A DNA stretch of 64,000 nt, from positions 160,001 through 224,000 of the forward strand of contig CAVVLJ010000016.1 in assembly GCA_963749075.1 (NCBI GenBank). Reading direction: 5' to 3'. The notes under the pieces are model-generated. The model saw nothing but the letters and a program-made list of their open reading frames with translations. It searched no databases and was not told the DNA's origin. This document shows, in pieces, positions 41,168 to 50,524 of this stretch. The position numbers and the translations under genes are program-made. Numbering within the stretch: the stretch's first letter is position 1; the number at the start of each line of letters is the position of its first letter. Source of the stretch: an uncultured Pseudomonadota bacterium. Lineage in GTDB: Bacteria; Pseudomonadota; Alphaproteobacteria; JACZXZ01.

Positions 41168-42379
41168 ATGATCGAGCGCAGAACGTTTCTGGCGGGTGCC
41201 GCGGCGCTCGCCGCGGGCTCGCTTGGCGGCCTGGCCGTGGCCGCGGCGGCGGAGCCCATCAAGATCGGCGACGTCAACAGCTATACCGGTCTTCCCGCCT
41301 TCACCGTGCCCTACCGCAACGGCTGGCAGATGGCGCTCGCGGAGATCAACGCCGCGGGCGGCATCGGCGGCCGTCCGCTCGAGGTCGTCTCCTACGACGA
41401 CGGCGGCAAGCCCGAGGAGGCGGTCAACCGCGCCGAGCAGCTCTTGAGCAAGGACCGCGTGGTCATGCTCATGGGCACCTTCTTCTCCAACATCGGACTC
41501 GCGGTGGCGAGCTTCGCGGCGCAGAACAAGGTCTTCTTCATGGCCGCCGAGCCGCTCACCGACGCGATCACCTGGGAGAAGGGCAACCGCTACACCTTCC
41601 GCCTGCGCCCCAATACCTACATGCAGGCGGCGATGATGGCGGACGAGGCGGCGAAATTGCCGGCCAAGCGCTGGGCCACCGTGGCGCCCAATTACGAGTA
41701 CGGCACCTCGGGCGTCGCCGACTTCAAGAAGCTCCTCGCGGCCAAGCGGCCGGACGTGCAATGGGTGGCCGAGCAATGGCCGGCGCTCGGCAAGCTCGAC
41801 GCCGGCGCCACGGTCGAGGCGCTCGCGGCGGCCAAGCCGGACGCCATCTTCAACGTGCTCTTCGGCGGCGATCTCGCCAAGTTCGTGCGCGAGGGCAACA
41901 CGCGCGGGCTCTTCAAGGACCGCGCGGTGGTCAGCATGCTCACGGGCGAGCCCGAGTACATCGACCCGCTCAAGGACGAGACGCCCAAGGGCTGGATCGT
42001 CACCGGCTATCCCTGGTACGCCATCAAGACACCGGCCCACGAGAAGTTCCTCAAGGCCTATACCGCCAAATACAACGACCACCCGCGCATGGGCTCGCTC
42101 GTGGGATACAACACGCTGCTCTCCGTCGCGGCGGTGCTCGAGGCCGCCGGCAGCACCGACTCCGAGAAGCTCGTCAAGGCGGCCGAGGGATTGAAGCTCG
42201 CGACGCCGTCCGGCCAAGTCGTCTTCCGCGCCATCGACCATCAATCGACCATGGGCACCTGGGTCGGCAAGACCGACGTGAAGGACGGCGAGGGCATCAT
42301 GGTCGACTGGCACTATGCCGACGGCGCCGATTTCCTGCCGAGCGACGCGGAAGTGAAGAAGATGCGGCCGGCCGAGTGA
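41168..42379 (+). CDS. Branched-chain-amino-acid-type ABC substrate-binding protein (Tat-like signal)
   Basis: ERRTFL signal, EINAAGGIGGRPLEVVSYDDGGKP, FRAIDHQ. Confidence 0.9.
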   Translation: MIERRTFLAGAAALAAGSLGGLAVAAAAEPIKIGDVNSYTGLPAFTVPYRNGWQMALAEINAAGGIGGRPLEVVSYDDGGKPEEAVNRAEQLLSKDRVVMLMGTFFSNIGLAVASFAAQNKVFFMAAEPLTDAITWEKGNRYTFRLRPNTYMQAAMMADEAAKLPAKRWATVAPNYEYGTSGVADFKKLLAAKRPDVQWVAEQWPALGKLDAGATVEALAAAKPDAIFNVLFGGDLAKFVREGNTRGLFKDRAVVSMLTGEPEYIDPLKDETPKGWIVTGYPWYAIKTPAHEKFLKAYTAKYNDHPRMGSLVGYNTLLSVAAVLEAAGSTDSEKLVKAAEGLKLATPSGQVVFRAIDHQSTMGTWVGKTDVKDGEGIMVDWHYADGADFLPSDAEVKKMRPAE

Positions 42380-42404
42380 GGCTGCGTCGGCGCCGCGTTG
42401 AAAT

Positions 42405-42445
42405 CTCCCTCTCCCCCTTGATGGGGAGAGGGTCGGGGTGAGGGG
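42405..42445. repeat. REP-like palindromic element
   Basis: ctccctctcccccttgatggggagagggtcggggtgagggg hairpin between the SBP and permease genes. Confidence 0.75.
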
Positions 42446-42451
42446 CCTCGC

Positions 42452-44305
42452 TTGAGCTTCCTCTTCGTCCAGTTCCTCACCGGGCTCACCTCGGCGTCGT
42501 CGCTCTTTCTCGTGGCCGCCGGCCTCTCGATCATCTTCGGCGTGACGCGCATCGTCAATTTCGCCCACGGCTCGTTCTACATGCTGGGCGCCTATATCGC
42601 CTACAGCCTGGCCACGCGGCTCGCGGGGCCGCTCGGCTACTGGGCCTCGGTGCTGCTCGCGGCCCTCGCGGTGGGCGTCATCGGCGTGGCGGCGGAGCTC
42701 CTGATCCTCCGCCGCATCTATCGCGCACCCGAGCTCTTCCCGCTCCTCGCGACCTTCGGCCTGGTGCTCGTCGTGGAGGATGCGACGCTCGCGATCTGGG
42801 GGCCCGACGATCTGCTCGGCCCCCGGGCGCCCGGCCTCGAGGGCGCCGTCGACATCTTCGGGCGCGCCTTTCCCGCTTACGATCTCGTGCTGATGGCGCT
42901 CGGCCCGCTCGTGCTCGCCGGCCTCTGGCTCCTCTTCCACCGTACGCGCTGGGGCACCCTCGTGCGCGCCGCGACCGAGGACCGCGACATGGTGGCAGCA
43001 CTCGGCGTGCGCGAGGCGAGCCTCTTCACCAGCGTCTTCTTCCTCGGCGCCTTCCTGGCCGGCCTGGGCGGCGCCGTCGAGCTGCCGCGCGAGTCGGTCA
43101 ATCTGCACATGGACATCAATACGGTCACCGAGGCGTTCGTCGTCGTGGTGGTCGGCGGCATGGGCTCGATCGCCGGCGCCTTCCTCGCGGCCGTCCTCAT
43201 CGGCGAGCTCAACGCCTTCGGCATCCTCGTCTTCCCGCAGGTGACGCTCGTGCTGACCTTCCTGGTCATGGCCGTCGTGCTGGTGGTGCGGCCGTGGGGG
43301 CTCCTGGGCCGGCCCGAGACGGGTCAGCGCCCACCTGGCAGAGTGGCGGAGCTGACCGGCGGGCTGCCTGCGGGGCGGCAGGCGCTCGCCGCACTTGGCG
43401 CAGGCGCACTCCTTCTCCTGCTCCCGCTCGGCGTGGGCGACTATGGCCTCGTCCTCCTCACCGAGATACTCGTGCTGGCGCTCTTCGCCGCAAGCCTCCA
43501 TTTCATCATGGGTCCCGGCGGGCTCGTCTCCTTCGGCCATGCCGCCTATTTCGGCCTCGGCGCCTACGGTGCCGCACTCGTCGTGAGCCGTCTCGGGCTC
43601 GGCATGGCGCCGGCGCTCCTCGCAGCCCCTCTCCTCGCAGGGGCCGGAGCGCTGCTCTTCGGCTGGTTCTCCGTGCGCCTCTCGGGCGTCTATTTCGCCA
43701 TGCTCACGCTCGCCTTCGCCGAGATCGTCTGGTCGGGTGCGAGCCAGTGGACGGCGTTCACCGGCGGCGACAACGGCATCCTCGGCGTGTGGCCGGCGCG
43801 CGTGCTGGGCGGCAGGCTCGGCCTCTACTATCTGGCACTGGCACTCTGCGGCGGCGGCGTCCTGCTGCTGCGCCGTCTCGCCGCGGCGCCCTTCGGCTAC
43901 ACGCTGCGCGCCGGCCGCGATTCGCCGTTGCGCGCCGACGCGATCGGCATCGACGTGCGCCGCCACCAGTGGCTCGCCTTCATCGCCATGGGGGCGCTTG
44001 CCGGCCTTGCGGGCGGGGTCCTCGCCTTCTCGACCGGCAGCGTGTTCCCGACCGTGCTGGCCATCCCCAACTCGGTCGACGCCCTCGTCATGGTGCTGCT
44101 CGGCGGCCTCCATGCGCTCGACGGCCCGCTCGTGGGTGCCGCGGTCTTCACCGGCCTCAGCGAGGAGATCGCTCCCTTGACCGACTATTGGCGCGGCATC
44201 GTCGGCGCCATCATCCTCCTGCTCGTGCTGAGCTTCCCCGAGGGCATCGTCGGCTTCGCGCGCGCCCGGCTCGGCCGCGGCAGCGGAAGCGGGGAGGGCG
44301 CATGA
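42452..44305 (+). CDS. Fused LivH-LivM ABC permease
   Basis: GLSIIFGVTRIVNFAHG, VVGGMGS, GLVSFGHAAYFGLGAY, TGGDNG, MVLLGG. Confidence 0.92.
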   Translation: MSFLFVQFLTGLTSASSLFLVAAGLSIIFGVTRIVNFAHGSFYMLGAYIAYSLATRLAGPLGYWASVLLAALAVGVIGVAAELLILRRIYRAPELFPLLATFGLVLVVEDATLAIWGPDDLLGPRAPGLEGAVDIFGRAFPAYDLVLMALGPLVLAGLWLLFHRTRWGTLVRAATEDRDMVAALGVREASLFTSVFFLGAFLAGLGGAVELPRESVNLHMDINTVTEAFVVVVVGGMGSIAGAFLAAVLIGELNAFGILVFPQVTLVLTFLVMAVVLVVRPWGLLGRPETGQRPPGRVAELTGGLPAGRQALAALGAGALLLLLPLGVGDYGLVLLTEILVLALFAASLHFIMGPGGLVSFGHAAYFGLGAYGAALVVSRLGLGMAPALLAAPLLAGAGALLFGWFSVRLSGVYFAMLTLAFAEIVWSGASQWTAFTGGDNGILGVWPARVLGGRLGLYYLALALCGGGVLLLRRLAAAPFGYTLRAGRDSPLRADAIGIDVRRHQWLAFIAMGALAGLAGGVLAFSTGSVFPTVLAIPNSVDALVMVLLGGLHALDGPLVGAAVFTGLSEEIAPLTDYWRGIVGAIILLLVLSFPEGIVGFARARLGRGSGSGEGA

Positions 44306-45052
44306 GCCTCCTGAGCGTGAGCGCCCTCTCGAAATCCTTCGGCGGCGTGCGCGCGGTGGCCGAGCTGGCCTTTGACCTGGCAGCCGGAGAAATCCTCGCC
44401 CTCATCGGACCGAACGGCGCCGGCAAGACGACCTGCTTCAACATGCTGGGCGGCCAGCTGCGCCCCGACCGCGGCAGCATCCGCCTCGACGGACGCGAGC
44501 TCGTCGGCCTCAGGCCGCGCGAGATTCTGGCGCCTCGGCGTCGGGCGCACCTTCCAGATCACCGCCACCTTCGCCTCGATGAGCGTGCGCGAGAATGTGC
44601 AGATGGCGCTCATCTCGCGCCGGCGCCGCACGCTCGAGCCCTGGCCGCGGGCAGGTGCCCTCTACCGCGCCGAGGCGGGCGCACTCCTCGAGCGCGTCGG
44701 CATCGCCGGCGAGGCGGAGCGCTCCTGCGGCACGCTCGCCTACGGCGACTTGAAGCGCGTCGAGCTCGCCGTCGCCCTCGCCAACGAGCCGCGCCTCCTC
44801 CTCATGGACGAGCCCACCGCGGGCATGGCGCCCGCCGAACGCACGGCGCTCATGCAGCTCGTCGCGGAGATCGTGCGCGAGCGCGGCACCAGCGTGCTCT
44901 TCACCGAGCACGACATGGACGTCGTCTTCGCCCACGCCGACCGCATCATCGTGCTCGACCGCGGCGCCCTCATCGCCGAGGGAGAGCCCGGGCGCGTGCG
45001 CAGGGACGCCCGCGTGCGCGAGATCTACCTCGGCCAGGCGGAGAGCCTCTGA
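44302..45052 (+). CDS. LivG-type ABC ATP-binding protein; +1 frameshift at about 44525
   Basis: GPNGAGKTT in one frame; GRTFQ, LAYGDLKRVE, MDEPTAG and EHDM in the next; removing one T from gagattctgg fuses them. Confidence 0.88.
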
Positions 45053-45753
45053 TGCTCTCCGCGGCAGGGCTCAACAGCTATTACGGCCGCGCCCACATCC
45101 TCTTCGATCTGGCGCTCGAGGTGCGCCGCGGCGAGGTGGTGGTCCTTCTCGGGCGCAACGGCGCGGGGAAATCGACCACCCTCAAGACCATCATCGGCCT
45201 GGTGCCGCCCGCCTCGGGCGAGCTGCGCTTCCTGGGGCAGTCGATCCGCGGCCTGGCGCCCTATGCCATCAGCCGGCTCGGCATGGGCTATGTGCCGGAG
45301 GAGCGGCGCATCTTCCGCGAGCTCACCGTGATGGAGAACCTCGAGGTCGGCCGCCGGCCGCCGCGGCCGGGCCTCTCAGCCTGGACGCCGGCGCGGCTCT
45401 TCGAGCTCTTCCCCAACCTCGCGGAGATGCGCGGCCGCCGCGGCGGCATGATGAGCGGCGGCGAGCAGCAGATGCTGACCATCGCGCGCACGCTCATGGG
45501 CAATCCGGCGCTCCTCCTCCTCGACGAGCCTTCCGAGGGCCTGGCACCGGTGATCGTGGCCTCGATCGCGCGCACCGTCCGTGCACTCAAGGCCGAGGGC
45601 CTCACGGTGGTGCTCTCCGAGCAGAATGTGCGCTTCGCCGAGCTGGTGGGCGACCGCGCCTACATCATCGAGAAGGGCCGCATCCGCTACCACGGCACCA
45701 TGGCCGAGCTCGCCGCCGACGAGGCGGTGCGGGCGAAGTATCTGACGATATGA
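45052..45753 (+). CDS. LivF-type ABC ATP-binding protein
   Basis: GRNGAGKST, MSGGEQQML, LDEPSEGLAP, SEQN. Confidence 0.93.
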   Translation: MLSAAGLNSYYGRAHILFDLALEVRRGEVVVLLGRNGAGKSTTLKTIIGLVPPASGELRFLGQSIRGLAPYAISRLGMGYVPEERRIFRELTVMENLEVGRRPPRPGLSAWTPARLFELFPNLAEMRGRRGGMMSGGEQQMLTIARTLMGNPALLLLDEPSEGLAPVIVASIARTVRALKAEGLTVVLSEQNVRFAELVGDRAYIIEKGRIRYHGTMAELAADEAVRAKYLTI

Positions 45754-45771
45754 TGGCCGGGACTGTGAGCT

Positions 45772-45874
45772 ACCCCCCTCCCTACCCTCCCCCTCAAGGG
45801 GGGAGGGGATAGCATTGGCGGGCTCGAAAAATTGTACCCCCTCCCCCTTGAAGGGGGAGGGTTGGGGAGGGGGT
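45772..45874. repeat. Inverted pair of REP-like palindromes
   Basis: acccccctccctaccctccccctcaaggggggagggga ... cccctcccccttgaagggggagggttggggagggggt. Confidence 0.75.
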
Positions 45875-45901
45875 GACGTGCGTGGCACGCGACAGCTTGC
45901 C

Positions 45902-45950
45902 CTGACAGTGGGGCTTTGCCAGAGTAAGGATCGTTCGCGTACGAATGACT
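45902..45950 (+). promoter_or_regulatory. Promoter and second copy of the operator, upstream of enamidase
   Basis: CTGACA-N17-TAAGGA; GATCGTTCGCGTACGAATGACT (45929-45950) matches the 34443 palindrome at 14/22 positions and keeps the GTTCG-N4-CGAA core. Confidence 0.65.
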
Positions 45951-45972
45951 TCGGCAGGCGAGGGAGGAGAGC

Positions 45973-47166
45973 ATGGCGGAAGCTCAAGGGGCGGCGGCGG
46001 CGGGCAAGCTCGTCGTGCGCAACATCGGCCTTCTGTTGTCGGGCGACCTCGAGAGGCCCATCCTCGATGCCGACACCATCGTCGCGGAAGGCGGGCGCAT
46101 CACAGGCGTCGGCAAGGCCAAGGACGTGGATGCGGAGGGTGCGGCGGTGGTGGTCGACGCCAAGGGGACGACGCTCGCCCCCGGGCTCATCGACAGCCAC
46201 GTGCATCCCGTCTTCGGCGACTGGACGCCGCGCCAGAGCCAGCTCAACTGGATCGACAGCTACCTCCACGGCGGCGTCACCACCATGATCTCGGCGGGCG
46301 AGGTGCATCTCCCCGGCCGGCCCAAGGACATCGTCGGCTTGAAGGCGCTCGCGATTACCGCCCAGCGCGCCTTCGACGGCTTTCGCCCAAGCGGCGTCAA
46401 GGTGCACGCCGGCGCTCCCGTGCTCGAGCACGGCATGGTCGAGAGCGACTTCAAGGAGCTCGCCGAGGCGGGCGTCAAGCTCCTGGGCGAGGTCGGGCTG
46501 GGCGGCGTCAAGGCGGGCTCGGAAGCGCGCCAGATGGTGGCCTGGGCGCGCAAGTACGGCATCAAGAGCACGATCCACACCGGCGGCCCCTCGATCCCCG
46601 GCTCCGGCCTCATCGACAAGGACGTGGTGCTCGAGGCCGACGCCGACGTGATCGGCCACATCAACGGCGGCCACACGGCACTCCCGGTCGAGCAGATCCT
46701 CGAGCTCTGCGTGCGCTGCCGGCGCGCCATCGAGATCGTGCACAACGGCAACGAGCTCGCCGGGCTCTTTGCACTTCGCACGGCGCGCGAGCTGAAGCAG
46801 CTCGGCCGCGTCATCCTCGGCAGCGACAGCCCGGCCGGCTCGGGCGTGCAGCCGCTCGGCATCCTCCGCATGGTGGCGATGCTCTCGAGCCTCGGCGAGG
46901 TGCCGGCCGAGGAGGTCTTCTGCTTCGCGACCGGCAATACGGCGCGGCTGCGCTCGCTCGACTGCGGTCTCATCGAGGTCGGCCGCGCCGCGGACTTCGT
47001 CATCATGGACCGCGCGCAGCACACCAGCGGCAACACCCTTCTCGAGAGCGTGCGCAAGGGCGACATCCCGGGCGTCGGCATGACGATCATCGACGGCGTC
47101 GTGCGCTCGGGCCGCAGCCGCAACACGCCGCCGGCGACCACCATGCCCGAGATCGTCGGGCATTAG
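45973..47166 (+). CDS. ena: Enamidase-type amidohydrolase
   Basis: PGLIDSHVHPVFGDWTPRQ, ISAGEVHLPGRP, HTGGPSIPGS, GHINGG, SDSPAGSGV; clustered with hnr. Confidence 0.85.
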   Translation: MAEAQGAAAAGKLVVRNIGLLLSGDLERPILDADTIVAEGGRITGVGKAKDVDAEGAAVVVDAKGTTLAPGLIDSHVHPVFGDWTPRQSQLNWIDSYLHGGVTTMISAGEVHLPGRPKDIVGLKALAITAQRAFDGFRPSGVKVHAGAPVLEHGMVESDFKELAEAGVKLLGEVGLGGVKAGSEARQMVAWARKYGIKSTIHTGGPSIPGSGLIDKDVVLEADADVIGHINGGHTALPVEQILELCVRCRRAIEIVHNGNELAGLFALRTARELKQLGRVILGSDSPAGSGVQPLGILRMVAMLSSLGEVPAEEVFCFATGNTARLRSLDCGLIEVGRAADFVIMDRAQHTSGNTLLESVRKGDIPGVGMTIIDGVVRSGRSRNTPPATTMPEIVGH

Positions 47167-47169
47167 GGG

Positions 47170-47631
47170 ATGGCCCGCCCGCACGGCGCCGCCTCTCTCG
47201 CGGCTCCCCGGCGCATCGCAGGCTACGTGCTCGAGGCGCAGATCGGCTTCGTGTTGCGCCAGGCGCAGCAGCGCGCGACCGCGATCTTCATGAGCCATTT
47301 CGGCCGCCACCAGCTCACGCCCACGCAATGGACGACGCTCGTCCGCATCGCCGAGTACGGCAGCCTGTCGCAGAACCACCTCGGCCGCTTGACCGCCATG
47401 GATCCCGCGACCATCCAGGGCGTCGTCGAGCGCCTCATCGAGCGCCGGCTCGCGACGCGCATCGCCGACACGCAAGACCGGCGGCGCAAGCGCCTCGGCT
47501 TGACGTCCGCGGGGCAGCGCCTCGTGCGCAAGCTCGTGGGAAGCGCGCTCAATGTGAGCCGCGAGACGCTCCGCCCGCTCAGGCCTGGCGAGCGGGCGCT
47601 CATCCTCGACCTCCTGGCGCGACTCGGGTAG
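47170..47631 (+). CDS. MarR family regulator (NicR-like)
   Basis: YVLEAQIGFVLRQAQQR, LTPTQW, SQNHLGRLTAMDPATIQGVVERL, DRRR. Confidence 0.9.
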   Translation: MARPHGAASLAAPRRIAGYVLEAQIGFVLRQAQQRATAIFMSHFGRHQLTPTQWTTLVRIAEYGSLSQNHLGRLTAMDPATIQGVVERLIERRLATRIADTQDRRRKRLGLTSAGQRLVRKLVGSALNVSRETLRPLRPGERALILDLLARLG

Positions 47632-47796
47632 CGGCGGCGCGCGCCGCCCCCTTCGGCTTCTCCACGCCCACCGGCGATAGTGCTTCCCGGCAATCCGGCG
47701 AATTGCTATGATCGCCGCCCGTCCAGTAGTCATCCGCGGGAACGTCGGTTGATTGCGCCCATGGCCGGTTCGTATCGGGCTGGCCTTGAGGTGGCA

Positions 47797-49371
47797 ATGG
47801 CGACCAGAGCGCTCCTCGTCTTTCCCAAGTTCAATCCCAACTCGTTCTGGAGCCTGCAGGCCGCCTGCGACTTCTACGGCGCGCGCTGCGTGGCGCCGCC
47901 CCTCGGCCTCATCACGATGGCCGCCATGCTGCCGTCCGACTGGAGCCTCCGCCTCGTCAACCGCAATGCCGAGGAGCTCGAGGCGGATCAGCTCGAGTGG
48001 GCCGATCTCGTGCTGACGGGCGGCATGATGCCGCAGCGCCAGGACACCCTCTCCCTCATCGAGCGCTGCCATGCCCAGGGCAAGCCGGTGGCCGTCGGCG
48101 GCCCGGACGTCATGTCGTGCCCCGAGCTCTACCGTGCTGCGGACTTTCTCGTCCTGGGAGAGGCGGAGGGCATGATCGGGCGCTTTCTCGAGGCGTGGCA
48201 GGCGGGCGCCAGGTGCGGGGTTTTCGAAGGCAGGAAATTCCAGGCCGACGTGACGAAATCGCCGGTGCCGCGCTTCGATCTGCTCGACTTCAAGCATTAT
48301 CTCTTCATCGGCGTGCAGTATTCGCGCGGCTGTCCCTTCAACTGCGAGTTCTGCGACATCATCGAGCTCTACGGGCGCGTGCCGCGGACGAAGACGGACG
48401 CGCAGATGCTGGGCGAGCTCGACGCCCTCCACCGCGCGGGCTATCGCGGCCACGTGGATTTCGTCGACGACAATTTCATCGGCAACAAGAAGGCGCTGAA
48501 GCGCTTTCTTCCCCTGCTGCGCGCCTGGCAGGAGGAGCGCGGCTATCCCTTCGAGTTCTCGACCGAGGCCTCGATGAACCTCGCGGACGATCCGCAGCTC
48601 TTGAAGATGATGCGCGAGGCGAATTTCTTCGCCGTGTTCACGGGCATCGAGAGTCCGGACACCGAGACGCTCATCGCCACGCAAAAGAAGCAGAACACCA
48701 GGCGCAGCCTCGCCGACAGCGTCCACCGCATCTACGAGGCGGGCATGCTGGTGACCGCCGGCTTCATCGTCGGTTTCGACACGGAAAAATGCGGCATGGC
48801 GGACGGCATGATCGACTGCATCGAGGCGACGAGCGTTCCCGTCGCCATGGTCGGCCTGCTGACGGCGCTGCCGAACACCCAGCTCACCCGGCGCCTCGAC
48901 GGCGAGGGCCGGCTGCTGCCGATCGACGTGAGCAAGGGCGACCAGTGCACCGCCGGGCTGAATTTCGTCACCTTGCGCCCGCGCCGCGACATCCTGGCGG
49001 ATTACAAGTCCGTCCTCGAAGGCGCCTATCGGCCTCAGGCCTATTTCTCCCGGGTGCGCCGGCTCGGACGCGCGCTCAACCGCCCGAAATACTCGATGCC
49101 GCCGATCAAGGGATGGCGCTGGGCGTTCGGCCTCCTGGGCCGCCTCGCTTGGCGCATGACGGTCGAGGAGCCGGGATTGCGCCGCGAATTCTGGCGCACG
49201 ATGCTCGATTGCGCGCTCCACAACGTGCGCGGCTTGCAATATGTCGTCATGATGACGGTCTTCTATCTGCACCTCGGGCCCTTCGCCGAATTCCTTATTG
49301 GCGAATTGGACCGCCGCATCGAGGCGGAGGAGCGGGACGCGGCACCGCGGCCCCTTCGCCTCTCGGCCTGA
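47797..49371 (+). CDS. B12-binding radical SAM protein (DUF4070-type)
   Basis: PPLGLIT, VAVGGP, SRGCPFNCEFC, VDDNF, GIES, GFIVGFD. Confidence 0.9.
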   Translation: MATRALLVFPKFNPNSFWSLQAACDFYGARCVAPPLGLITMAAMLPSDWSLRLVNRNAEELEADQLEWADLVLTGGMMPQRQDTLSLIERCHAQGKPVAVGGPDVMSCPELYRAADFLVLGEAEGMIGRFLEAWQAGARCGVFEGRKFQADVTKSPVPRFDLLDFKHYLFIGVQYSRGCPFNCEFCDIIELYGRVPRTKTDAQMLGELDALHRAGYRGHVDFVDDNFIGNKKALKRFLPLLRAWQEERGYPFEFSTEASMNLADDPQLLKMMREANFFAVFTGIESPDTETLIATQKKQNTRRSLADSVHRIYEAGMLVTAGFIVGFDTEKCGMADGMIDCIEATSVPVAMVGLLTALPNTQLTRRLDGEGRLLPIDVSKGDQCTAGLNFVTLRPRRDILADYKSVLEGAYRPQAYFSRVRRLGRALNRPKYSMPPIKGWRWAFGLLGRLAWRMTVEEPGLRREFWRTMLDCALHNVRGLQYVVMMTVFYLHLGPFAEFLIGELDRRIEAEERDAAPRPLRLSA

Positions 49372-49475
49372 GGCATTCAGGCCGCCGCCCGCCTTTCGCC
49401 TCGGCGCAGTCCTTTGCTACAATCCGCGCGAAAATAGCGCAGGCTCGGCACCACCCGGGCCTCGAGGGAGGAACC

Positions 49476-50429
49476 ATGGCAACCAAGGCATTCGCTTCCC
49501 AAGCCGATCTCGCCGAGAAGCGCGAGAGCTTCGTCAAGCTCGCCGAGAACGCCTATTGCCTGACCGCCGAGGGCGACCCCAACACCGGCGTCATCATCGG
49601 CGACGACGGCGTCATGGTGATCGACACCCGCGCCACCCCGGTCATGGCCGAGGACGTGATCCGCCACGTGCGGAGCGTGACCGCGAAGCGCATCAAATAC
49701 GTGCTGCTGAGCCACTATCACGCGGTGCGGGTCATGGGTGCGTCTGCCTACAAGGCCGATTACGTTATCGCGAGCCGCGGCACCTACGAGCTCATCAAGG
49801 AGCGCGGCCGGCAGGATTTCGAGAGCGAGGTGCAGCGCTTCCCGCGCCTCTTCCGCGCCGTCGAGTCGGTGCCCGGCCTCACTTGGCCCAACCTCGTCTT
49901 CGACCGCGAGCTGATACTCTGGATGGGGAAGACCGAGGTGCAGTTAAGGCACATCGGCAAGGGCCACTCGAAGGGCGACACCATCGCGTGGCTGCCCAAG
50001 GAGCGCGTGCTCTTCTCGGGAGATCTCGTGGAGGAGGGTACGACGCCCTATTGCGGCGACGCCTATTTGAGGGAATGGCCGGAGACCCTCGAGAAGCTCA
50101 GCGCCTTCAAGGCCGATAAGCTGGTGCCCGGCCGCGGCGATGCCATGATGACGGCCGAGGCCGCGGACAAGGCGATCGCGGCGACCGCGGGCTTCCTCCG
50201 CGACATGCGAAGCCACGTCGAGGCGGGAGTCGCCGCGGGCAAGGGCCTGCGCGCGGTCTTCGAGGAGACCGCAAGCGCGCTCAAGCCGAAATACGGCGGT
50301 TGGGTGATCTTCGAGCACTGCCTGCCGTTCAACGTCTCGCGCTGCTTCGACGAGGCGAGCGGCATCGTCGATCCGCGCATCTGGACCGCCGAGCGGGACG
50401 TGGAGATGTGGAAGACGCTGCAAGGCTGA
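49476..50429 (+). CDS. MBL-fold metallo-hydrolase (type commonly linked to hmgA)
   Basis: AEGDPNTG, LSHYHAVR, GHSKGD, FSGDL, VPGRG, FEHCLPFNVSR. Confidence 0.88.
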   Translation: MATKAFASQADLAEKRESFVKLAENAYCLTAEGDPNTGVIIGDDGVMVIDTRATPVMAEDVIRHVRSVTAKRIKYVLLSHYHAVRVMGASAYKADYVIASRGTYELIKERGRQDFESEVQRFPRLFRAVESVPGLTWPNLVFDRELILWMGKTEVQLRHIGKGHSKGDTIAWLPKERVLFSGDLVEEGTTPYCGDAYLREWPETLEKLSAFKADKLVPGRGDAMMTAEAADKAIAATAGFLRDMRSHVEAGVAAGKGLRAVFEETASALKPKYGGWVIFEHCLPFNVSRCFDEASGIVDPRIWTAERDVEMWKTLQG

Positions 50430-50524
50430 GGGCGCCGCCGGCGGCGCGCCGGCTCCACCACCTCCCTTGCGCAATCGCACCCGGTCGGCGAGGATCGGCC
50501 CATGCCGAAGGCCGAGCCATAGCC

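Noticed and set aside
50489-50500. 12-nt match (CGAGGATCGGCC) to the reverse complement of the CRISPR repeat, as a possible tracrRNA/scaRNA
   Set aside because: Too short and GC-rich to exceed chance in 64 kb; the match does not extend and lies about 9 kb from the array.
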